Positions 13,573 through 24,200 of a stretch of 64,000 nt of DNA are shown here, in pieces (the first letter of the stretch is position 1; each line of letters begins with the position of its first letter). Under the pieces are notes generated by a model, which was given only the letters and a program-made list of their open reading frames with translations, made no database searches and had not been told where the DNA came from. The position numbers and the translations under genes are program-made. Source of the DNA: Lepidodermella squamata (Eukaryota; Animalia; Gastrotricha); contig JBLDXI010000056.1 of NCBI GenBank assembly GCA_047495785.1, positions 569,105 to 633,104 on the forward strand, in the 5' to 3' direction.

Positions 13573-13774
13573 AAATGGTGAACCATCGATGATTGATCCA
13601 ACTGGAAATAATTACATTCATCAATTATAGAATGTTGTTATAAATGTACTGTCGTGACGCTTGTGTTGTTGTTGTCGTCGCCATGTTGTGGTCTTCGCTG
13701 GACCTTCCTGCGATAACTACCCCTGCGATAATACCCCGACTATAGCAGCAACCTATACAAGAAATCCCCCATCC

Positions 13775-15658
13775 ATGAAAGACTACTTCAAGATATTGAA
13801 CGTGCATCGGTCAGCATCGTCGGGCGACGTCAAAAAGGCTTACCATGCTTTAGGTAAGTCATACGTCATACGATAGATAGGCTGTTCATCGTTCATGTTA
13901 TATTGTTGTATGGTTTTGCAGCTAAACAACTGCACCCGGACAAGAACAAGGCGCCCGATGCAGCGGCTCAATTTCAGGTTAGCTACATGCTACCATATAT
14001 GTAAATATCGAATGAACGCGCATTCGCACTGCGCGATTTATGTACTGTTATGTACTATTTTCAACTGATCCACCTGATTTGTACAATTGAGAAGTCGATG
14101 CAATACAAGTAATTAAAGATGACGAAAGCTGAAAGCTGGAAGATGTGCTGATATCACATTTTAATTGATGCATGTCTGATGTATTTCAGGCGCTGCAGGA
14201 GGCGTGGGAGAACCTGAAGAATGACTCGGACCGAGACATGTACCGCCGGCGCCTCGAGAACCTCGAACGTGTCGAGAAAAACGACGGGCCAAAGCCAAGT
14301 GCTCAAACAAGTAGCAGCAGCAGCAGCTCGACGAACAACAACAACGCCAGCAGTAAACCAGCAGCAGCAGCGAGTAGCAGCAGTAGCAATGCTGGGGCGA
14401 GCGGTTTCAGCTACCACCATCCCAAGTTTGACCTGATATATATATATATGCATTCACGTGACTTTTACGAACATTGAATCATGACAGGTTCACGTTCATG
14501 AAGGACGAATCGCCGCCAGCTGGTGCAGGCTACACTTGGCGGCCCAAGTCGGGAGCAGCAGCAGCAGGAGCCGGCAACTCGCGCACGTCCTTCGACGATA
14601 GCGCCGCCTCCAACAATAAGTCGAGCAGCAACAGCAGCAAAACCAACCAGAATGGCAGCACCAGTAAGAGTAAAGCGAGCGCGGCGACAGGCGACAGAGC
14701 GAAGAACCGCTCGCAGTCGTACTTTGCGTCGCGCGACTTCTTCGCCAAGGCGTTCTCCGCCGCCTTCGCCTCGGGCCTCAACGACGAATTCGACCGCGTA
14801 CGTTTGTTTCACCGCCTAGTATAAGTGCTTGCATTGTATCACTTTTGCGATTCAATTCAGGTGTTCGACGAGCTGTTCGGCGGCGGCGGCAGCGCAGACG
14901 CTGACCCGTTTTCGGCGACGTGGGCGCCGTCGTCTCGCCGCAAGCCATCATCGGCTGCGAAGGGCAGCAGGACCAGCCGGCCCGCCGCCGCCTTCAAAGT
15001 CGACTTCGACTTGGACGATGACGACAATGAGAACCATGCGGGCGGGGCTGCTTCGGATGACGAGTCGACGCGCCGTACCAGCAACACCACGTCGTTCTTC
15101 TTCTCGTCGTCGCCAGCCGGCCGTGCTAACGTGCGATTCAAACTCGGCAAAGACGACGCCGAAGATGACGATGACGACGACGACGATGCGTTGCCGACGC
15201 ACCCGCGTTTCGGCCGGCCGCACGGCAAGTTCGGCGAACGCAGCCGCAAAAATGAAGAAGGCTTCATATCGTTCGACGATCAGAATCCGAGCCTGCTGCT
15301 GAAATGCCGCTTCTGCGCCGGCAAGGTTCCGGCCGACCGCTTCGAGCAGCACGAGAAGGCGTGCAACGGCGTCCCACCCGCCGCAGCAGCAGCCAGGGCC
15401 AGCGCGCATCGGCCTGCCGTCCGCAGCGCCTCGGTCAAGCAGCGCCAACACGCGCATCCGACGCAGCAGTTTCACGGCAAAGCGACGGCGGCGGCAGGGG
15501 CAGACACCAGGCGCCGGTCGATGGGCGGCGGATCGTCGTCGCCGCCCCTCGTCAACAACACCAGCGGCAGCGCCAGTGGCAGTGGCAGTGGCATTGGTGA
15601 CCCGCAATCGCAGCCGGCTCCTCGTCCGCGCTGGAATACGCAACACCGCTTCCCGTAG
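13775..15658 (+). CDS. J-domain (DnaJ class C-like) protein with low-complexity body and C2HC zinc finger, 5 exons, 492 aa
   Basis: join(13775..13853,13922..13977,14190..14425,14488..14797,14861..15658) = 1479 nt, GT-AG and phase-consistent. Gives MKDYFKILNVHRSASSGDVKKAYHALAKQLHPDKNKAPDAAAQFQALQEAWENLKNDSDRDMY (J domain with HPD) and later CRFCAGKVPADRFEQHEKAC (C-x2-C-x11-H-x3-C). AATAAA at 16002-16007. Start codon inferred. Confidence 0.85.
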
Positions 15659-17170
15659 CCCGTGTGACATATCTCACGGGATTTGCTGCTCTTCGCTCCA
15701 GTTGTTGTTTCGTTTACTTGATTACAATTAGTCACTAGCGTTACATATTGCATACATTTTATTCATCTGGAGGTCAAGCTGACTTTTTATTAATTGTGAT
15801 AACTGTAGCCCTGTGCCTGCTTCTACAGAGATTTCGTATTTTTATGATTAAATCTCCAATTAACTCATTGTAATTATTTTTTTGACAATGTTTTTAAATT
15901 TAAATCTCAATTTTCATGTTGATCTCGACTACAGTCGATTTTCAGTCGACGCATTTTTAGCGAATTCATAACTCGACGCCCGGCCATTTCATTTTACAAT
16001 CAATAAAAGTGACGACCGAGTGAACGTGTTGCTTTTCTACGACTATGATATTTCTTGATAGTATTCTTGACAGTTGATACAACAGACCATCAAGGGTGAA
16101 ATATTATCAGTGAGTGGCCATTGATTACAGCTGGAATGTGCCACATGACAGATCGCCGACTGATGGATTGATTGCCTTGAGCGCAGCATGCTTGCCGATC
16201 GGCAGAGGAGCAAATCAAGCGCGCCTTGATTATAACAAATCGGATTGATAAAACTTCGTTTAAAACAAAACGATTCGAGGTAAATCGCTGGGATTGAGAA
16301 ATGCACATTAAACAGGTTCAGAAGACCCCGTAATTCTGATATTTGAACAACGAAGTAATCGGTCGAAAAAAGAAAGCCTTACCCGTGAGGGGCAGGCGAT
16401 CGGCTTCAGTGGCCGACAGATCGGTCGCGAACAACCTGCTTTTACCCAAAAGTTCAGTTATCGATAGGTACTATTACACACTAATTGCCATTCATCCCGA
16501 TCTCTGGCCGTTATTTCTGCTAATTCTAGATCCGCAATTTTGTAAATTTCAGTGCGTCGCATCAACAAGGTCGACTTACGAGGTCTACCACGTTTGACTG
16601 TCTCATTTGTTTTCTAATACGTTTCACATAAATTTCGAACAAGCGAATTTTAAGAAGACTCATTTTCAAGCTCTCCGTCCATCGGGTTGGTGGTTTACCG
16701 CGAGGCAAACACCAACTCGGGTCGACCGCTTTCCAACAACCGCTTTCGGTCCGAACTAGGTATGTGACCGAAATAATTCAAACGATGTTTTTCGATTATT
16801 TTGCTCAATTGCAAAACGTCACAGATCAATCTAATATCGATGGTATGTATATAAACTGTTCTGAAAAATCCCTTAATGGTTATAAGGCAGCGCATAAAGG
16901 TAACATTAAATCTTTGTTCTTGGGCAGTGGTTAGGTTCCAGGTTTCACAGGCGTAGGTGATGGTAGGAATCACCACACATTTCAAACTTTTCAATTTAGT
17001 GGCTAGGCTTATATGTTTTCTGTTAATACACATTAACTTGTTAAAAGCACCAAAAAAGCTGCCGGCTTTCGCTAGGCGAGCTTTGATTTCCTCGTCCATT
17101 TTTCCATCTGATGTGATGATACGAGCTAAATATTTAAAAGATGTAACTTTCTCCAATAATTTTCCATCTA

Positions 17171-18024
17171 CACAGTAAAAAAAAACTCGGTTCTCACCCA
17201 GTTGGAAAAACGGAAATTACCGTGCAGCGTTTACGGAACCCGGTAAAAACCAGATGACAACCGAGTTTTGCTACTTTTCGCAGTTACCGACCTAGCACAA
17301 CCCAGTAAGAACCATGCATCTACGAAATATCGGTTATGAACCTGGTTTGTACCGACTTTGTACCGATACTTTGCCGCATTTTAACAGAAAATATGTCTAA
17401 GTCCCTATTTCCATTGGATCGCATGTTGAATTGCACTCCCCCTCGAAAATTGGGTAGGGTATGCAGTGAGCAAAGCGCAAGCGCTAATTGGGACAAATTG
17501 GAAACATTCATGAAAAACTTAAGAGTCGCTATTAAGGTCATGTGTAGAAGTAGGAGCCGTGGTCTAGTGGTAACGCGCGCGCTGTATGATGCCAAGGTCC
17601 CAAGTTCGAGCCTCGCTGATGACGAAAGTTAACTTATCATTTAATTTGTTTAATATTCTCTCAAATATTGTTTCTAATCGATATTAGGCGTAATCTGGGT
17701 TACAGATGCCAATATCGATTAGAAAAATCGATTTTTTATTGTTATCGATGATTTTTAATAATCGGGATGCCGATACTAAGTAAATACCGAGCTCACAGCT
17801 ATATCGATAAATACCCATCCGAAAGCTGAATGGGTTATTACCGTGTTTTTCGAAGCTCGGTTAGTTCCAGCCCGGTTTTAATCGTGTTCGATGGAACCCG
17901 GTAAAACTCCAAAACCCGGTAATGACTGTATGTGCACAAGGTTTTTCCCTTTTTGATTAACATGTAAACTGGTTATTACTGGGTAGCTTATTTGGCACGG
18001 TAAGCACCGAGTTTTTTTACTGTG
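17171..18024. mobile_element. 854-bp non-autonomous TIR DNA transposon (CACTA/CMC-like MITE), TA target duplication
   Basis: TIRs CACAGT(A)9CTCGGTTCTCACC and CACAGT(A)7CTCGGTGCTTACC (reverse complement of right end). TA at 17169-70 and 18025-26. Removing the element plus one TA restores the LINE frame GAA CTA GAT GGA. Many subterminal AACCCGGTAA-like motifs. Superfamily call inferred from CAC terminus and 2-bp TSD. Confidence 0.9.
17553..17624 (+). other. Degenerate tRNA-like sequence (Pol III A and B boxes) inside the MITE
   Basis: A box TGGTCTAGTGG (17560-70) and B box GTTCGAGCC (17604-12) at tRNA spacing, with AGGTC before the T arm. Acceptor and T stems do not pair, so not a functional tRNA. 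Confidence 0.6.
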
Positions 18025-18238
18025 TAGTTCCGGTTAATCATTCTTATTCTCCCCGACCACCATTTGCTAACGCTAATTTTCAAACCAAGCTGCTGGCAGG
18101 CCATATTGATCACATCAAGCAATGTTTACTTTTTCCTAATGGGTCATGCCGGTTAAGGTTCCGTCATCACCAAATGCTATCAGGTTCAAAATCTAATTAC
18201 CAGAGACGGGGATGCCACCCGGGGTGTCCCTCAATTTT

Positions 18239-21200
18239 CAATGGCCACGCATAGCCTGCCAACGCGTTTGCGATTGCTGCCACTAACGAATGAAGCGCGA
18301 AAATGCCCGAATCGGCTGGTTTGGGCACGATGCCGATTCGTGGCGATGCGTACAAGGGTGAATATAGCGATTCCAGCATTCTTTGGCTGGCAGCGGAATA
18401 CCGGTCAGCTGCAATGGCCGCGAATAGCCTGCCAACGCGTTTGCGCTTGCTGCCGCTACCGAATGAAGCGCGAATATGCCCGATTCGGCTGGTTTGGGCA
18501 CGATGCCGATTCGTAGCGATGCGTACAAGGGTGAATACAGCGATTCCAGCCTTCTTTGGCTGGCAGCGGAATACCGGTCAGCTGCAATGGCCGCGAATAG
18601 CCTGCCAACGCGTTTGCGCTTGCTGCCGCTACCGAATGAAGCGCGAATATGCCCGATTCGGCTGGTTTGGGCACGATGCCGATTCGTGGCGATGCGTACA
18701 AGGGTGAATACAGCGATTCCATCCTTCTTTGGCTGGCAGCGGAATACCGGTCAGCTGCAATGGCCGCGAATAGCCTGCCAACGCGTTTGCGCTTGCTGCC
18801 ACTACCGAATGAAGCGCGAAAATGCCCGAATCGGCTGGTTTGGGCACGATGCCGATTCGTGACGATGCGTACAAGGGTGTTTACAGCGATTCCAGCCTTC
18901 TATGGCTGGCAGCGGAATACCGGTCAGCTGCAATGGCCGCGAATAGCCTGCCAAAGCGTTTGCGCTTGCTGCCACTAACGAATGAAGCGGGAATAATCCC
19001 GAATCGGCTGGTTTGGGCACGATGCCGATTCGTGGCGATGCGTACAAGGGTGAATACAGCGATTCCAACCTTCTTTGGCTGGCAGCGGAATACCGGTCAG
19101 CTGCAATGGCCGCGAATAGCCTGCCAACGCGTTTGCGCTTGCTGCCACTACCGAATGAAGCGCGAATATGCCCGATTCGGCTGGTTTGGGCACGATGCCG
19201 ATTCGTGGCGATGCGTACAAGGGTGAATACAGCGATTCCAACCTTCTTTGGCTGGCAGCGGAATACCGGTCAGCTGCAATGGCCGCGAATAGCCTGCCAA
19301 CGCGTTTGCGCTTGCTGCCACTACCGAATGAAGCGCGAAAATGCCCGAATCGGCTGGTTTGGGCACGATGCCGATTCGTGGCGATGCGTACAAGGGTGTT
19401 TACAGCGATTCCAGCATTCTTTGGCTGGCAGCGGAATACCGGTCAGCTGCAATGGCCGCGAATAGCCTGCCAACGCGTTTGCGCTTGCTGCCGCTAACGA
19501 ATGAAGCGCGAAAATGCCCGAATCGGCTGGTTTAGGCACGATGCCGATTCGTGGCGATGCGTACAAGGGTGAATACAGCGATTCCATCCTTCTTTGGCTG
19601 GCAGCGGAATACCGGTCAGCTGCAATGGCCGCGAATAGCCTGCCAACGCGTTTGCGCTTGCTGCCACTACCGAATGAAGCGCGAATATGCCCGATTCGGC
19701 TGGTTTGGGCACGATGCCGATTCGTTGCGATGCGTACAAGGGTGAATACAGCGATTCCAGCATTCTTTGGCCGGCAGCGGAATACCGGTCAGCTGCAATG
19801 GCCGCGAATAGCCTGCCAACGCGTTTGCGCTTGCTGCCGCTAACGAATGAAGCGCGAAAATGCCCGAATCGGCTGGTTTAGGCACGATGCCGATTCGTGG
19901 CGATGCGTACAAGGGTGAATACAGCGATTCCATCCTTCTTTGGCTGGCAGCGGAATACCGGTCAGCTGCAATGGCCGCGAATAGCCTGCCAAAGCGTTTG
20001 CGCTTGCTGCCACTAACGAATGAAGCGGGAATAATCCCGAATCGGCTGGTTTGGGCACGATGCCGATTCGTGGCGATGCGTACAAGGGTGAATACAGCGA
20101 TTCCAACCTTCTTTGGCTGGCAGCGGAATACCGGTCAGCTGCAATGGCCGCGAATAGCCTGCCAACGCGTTTGCGCTTGCTGCCACTACCGAATGAAGCG
20201 CGAATATGCCCGATTCGGCTGGTTTGGGCACGATGCCGATTCGTGGCGATGCGTACAAGGGTGTTTACAGCGATTCCAGCATTCTTTGGCTGGCAGCGGA
20301 ATACCGGTCAGCTGCAATGGCCGCGAATAGCCTGCCAACGCGTTTGCGCTTGCTGCCGCTAACGAATGAAGCGCGAAAATGCCCGAATCGGCTGGTTTAG
20401 GCACGATGCCGATTCGTGGCGATGCGTACAAGGGTGAATACAGCGATTCCATCCTTCTTCGGCTGGCAGCGGAATACCGGTCAGCTGCAATGGCCGCGAA
20501 TAGCCTGCCAACGCGTTTGCGCTTGCTGCCACTACCGAATGAAGCGCGAATATGCCCGATTCGGCTGGTTTGGGCACGATGCCGATTCGTTGCGATGCGT
20601 ACAAGGGTGAATACAGCGATTCCAGCATTCTTTGGCCGGCAGCGGAATACCGGTCAGCTGCAATGGCCGCGAATAGCCTGCCAACGCGTTTGCGCTTGCT
20701 GCCGCTAACGAATGAAGCGCGAAAATGCCCGAATCGGCTGGTTTAGGCACGATGCCGATTCGTGGCGATGCGTACAAGGGTGAATACAGCGATTCCATCC
20801 TTCTTTGGCTGGCAGCGGAATACCGGTCAGCTGCAATGGCCGCGAATAGCCTGCCAAAGCGTTTGCGCTTGCTGCCACTAACGAATGAAGCGGGAATAAT
20901 CCCGAATCGGCTGGTTTGGGCACGATGCCGATTCGTGGCGATGCGTACAAGGGTGAATACAGCGATTCCAACCTTCTGTGGCTGGCAGCGGAATACCGGT
21001 CAGCTGCAATGGCCGCGAATAGCCTGCCAACGCGTTTGCGCTTGCTGCCACTACCGAATGAAGCGCGAATATGCCCGATTCGGCTGGTTTGGGCACGATG
21101 CCGATTCGTAGCGATGCGTACAAGGGTGAATACAGCGATTCCAGCCTTCTTTGGCTGGCAGCGGAATACCGGTCAGCTGCAATGGCCGCGAATAGCCTGC

Positions 21201-24200
21201 CAACGCGTTTGCGCTTGCTGCCACTACCAAATGAAGCGCGAATATGCCCGATTCGGCTGGTTTGGGCACGATGCCGATTCGTAGCGATGCGTACAAGGGT
21301 GAATACAGCGATTCCAGCCTTCTGTGGCTGGCAGCGGAATACCGGTCAGCTGCAATGGCCGCGAATAGCCTGCCAACGCGTTTGCGCTTGCTGCCACTAC
21401 CGAATGAAGCGCGAATATGCCCGATTCGGCTGGTTTGGGCACGATGCCGATTCGTAGCGATGCGTACAAGGGTGAATACAGCGATTCCAACCTTCTTTGG
21501 CTGGCAGCGGAATACCGGTCAGCTGCAATGGCCGCGAATAGCCTGCCAAAGCGTTTGCGCTTGCTGCCACTAACGAATGAAGCGGGAATAATCCCGAATC
21601 GGCTGGTTTGGGCACGATGCCGATTCGTGGCGATGCGTACAAGGGTGAATACAGCGATTCCAGCCTTCTGTGGCTGGCAGCGGAATACCGGTCAGCTGCA
21701 ATGGCCGCGAATAGCCTGCCAACGCGTTTGCGCTTGCTGCCACTACCGAATGAAGCGCGAATATGCCCGATTCGGCTGGTTTGGGCACGATGCCGATTCG
21801 TAGCGATGCGTACAAGGGTGAATACAGCGATTCCAACCTTCTTTGGCTGGCAGCGGAATACCGGTCAGCTGCAATGGCCGCGAATAGCCTGCCAAAGCGT
21901 TTGCGCTTGCTGCCACTAACGAATGAAGCGGGAATAATCCCGAATCGGCTGGTTTGGGCACGATGCCGATTCGTGGCGATGCGTACAAGGGTGAATACAG
22001 CGATTCCAACCTTCTTTGGCTGGCAGCGGAATACCGGTCAGCTGCAATGGCCGCGAATAGCCTGCCAACGCGTTTGCGCTTGCTGCCACTACCGAATGAA
22101 GCGCGAATATGCCCGATTCGGCTGGTTTGGGCACGATGCCGATTCGTAGCGATGCGTACAAGGGTGAATACAGCGATTCCAGCATTCTTTGGCTGGCAGC
22201 GGAATACCGGTCAGCTGCAATGGCCGCGAATAGCCTGCCAACGCGTTTGCGCTTGCTGCCACTACCGAATGAAGCGCGAATATGCCCGATTCGGCTGGTT
22301 TGGGCACGATGCCGATTCGTTGCGATGCGTACAAGGGTGAATACAGCGATTCCAGCATTCTTTGGCCGGCAGCGGAATACCGGTCAGCTGCAATGGCCGC
22401 GAATAGCCTGCCAACGCGTTTGCGCTTGCTGCCGCTAACGAATGAAGCGCGAAAATGCCCGAATCGGCTGGTTTAGGCACGATGCCGATTCGTGGCGATG
22501 CGTACAAGGGTGAATACAGCGATTCCATCCTTCTTTGGCTGGCAGCGGAATACCGGTCAGCTGCAATGGCCGCGAATAGCCTGCCAAAGCGTTTGCGCTT
22601 GCTGCCACTAACGAATGAAGCGGGAATAATCCCGAATCGGCTGGTTTGGGCACGATGCCGATTCGTGGCGATGCGTACAAGGGTGAATACAGCGATTCCA
22701 ACCTTCTTTGGCTGGCAGCGGAATACCGGTCAGCTGCAATGGCCGCGAATAGCCTGCCAACGCGTTTGCGCTTGCTGCCACTACCGAATGAAGCGCGAAT
22801 ATGCCCGATTCGGCTGGTTTGGGCACGATGCCGATTCGTAGCGATGCGTACAAGGGTGAATACAGCGATTCCAGCATTCTTTGGCTGGCAGCGGAATACC
22901 GGTCAGCTGCAATGGCCGCGAATAGCCTGCCAAAGCGTTTGCGCTTGCTGCCACTAACGAATGAAGCGGGAATAATCCCGAATCGGCTGGTTTGGGCACG
23001 ATGCCGATTCGTGGCGATGCGTACAAGGGTGAATACAGCGATTCCAACCTTCTTTGGCTGGCAGCGGAATACCGGTCAGCTGCAATGGCCGCGAATAGCC
23101 TGCCAACGCGTTTGCGCTTGCTGCCACTACCGAATGAAGCGCGAATATGCCCGATTCGGCTGGTTTGGGCACGATGCCGATTCGTAGCGATGCGTACAAG
23201 GGTGAATACAGCGATTCCAGCATTCTTTGGCTGGCAGCGGAATACCGGTCAGCTGCAATGGCCGCGAATAGCCTGCCAACGCGTTTGCGCTTGCTGCCAC
23301 TACCGAATGAAGCGCGAATATGCCCGATTCGGCTGGTTTGGGCACGATGCCGATTCGTAGCGATGCGTACAAGGGTGAATACAGCGATTCCAGCCTTCTG
23401 TGGCTGGCAGCGGAATACCGGTCAGCTGCAATGGCCGCGAATAGCCTGCCAACGCGTTTGCGCTTGCTGCCACTACCGAATGAAGCGCGAATATGCCCGA
23501 TTCGGCTGGTTTGGGCACGATGCCGATTCGTAGCGATGCGTACAAGGGTGAATACAGCGATTCCAACCTTCTTTGGCTGGCAGCGGAATACCGGTCAGCT
23601 GCAATGGCCGCGAATAGCCTGCCAAAGCGTTTGCGCTTGCTGCCACTAACGAATGAAGCGGGAATAATCCCGAATCGGCTGGTTTGGGCACGATGCCGAT
23701 TCGTGGCGATGCGTACAAGGGTGAATACAGCGATTCCAACCTTCTTTGGCTGGCAGCGGAATACCGGTCAGCTGCAATGGCCGCGAATAGCCTGCCAACG
23801 CGTTTGCGCTTGCTGCCACTACCGAATGAAGCGCGAATATGCCCGATTCGGCTGGTTTGGGTACGATGCCGATTCGTAGCGATGCGTACAAGGGTGAATA
23901 CAGCGATTCCAGCATTCTTTGGCTGGCAGCGGAATCCCGGTCAGCTGCAATGGCCGCGAATAGCCTGCCAAAGCGTTTGCGCTTGCTGCCACTAACGAAT
24001 GAAGCGGGAATAATCCCGAATCGGCTGGTTTGGGCACGATGCCGATTCGTGGCGATGCGTACAAGGGTGAATACAGCGATTCCAACCTTCTTTGGCTGGC
24101 AGCGGAATACCGGTCAGCTGCAATGGCCGCGAATAGCCTGCCAACGCGTTTGCGCTTGCTGCCACTACCGAATGAAGCGCGAATATGCCCGATTCGGCTG

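Larger units (their letters stand above)
16550..18196 (-). pseudogene. Decayed, 5'-truncated RTE-clade non-LTR retrotransposon reverse transcriptase fragment (split by a MITE)
   Basis: Minus strand: LIAFGDD (degenerate YADD, ~18165), QQLGLKISVSK, then across the MITE ELDGKLLEKVTSFKYL...ITYACETWNLT...RLNYFGHI, and frameshifted PRGKPPTRWTE (~16679-16705), all typical of RTE C-termini. Contains stops and frameshifts. 3' limit approximate. Confidence 0.85.

Noticed and set aside
16130-16440. Cluster of GATCGG/CCGATC motifs between the J-protein gene and the LINE
   Set aside because: May be another element remnant, but I could not define termini or a repeat unit.
17616-17627. CTGATGA-C-GAAA hammerhead-like string in the MITE
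   Set aside because: Only 1 nt where stem II should be, and no flanking stems seen.
18459-18500. Hammerhead core (CCGAATGA...CGAAA) or CENP-B box (TTCGGCTGGTTTGGG) in the monomer
   Set aside because: The core lacks the required CUGANGA. The CENP-B-like match misses two of the nine essential positions, which is expected by chance.
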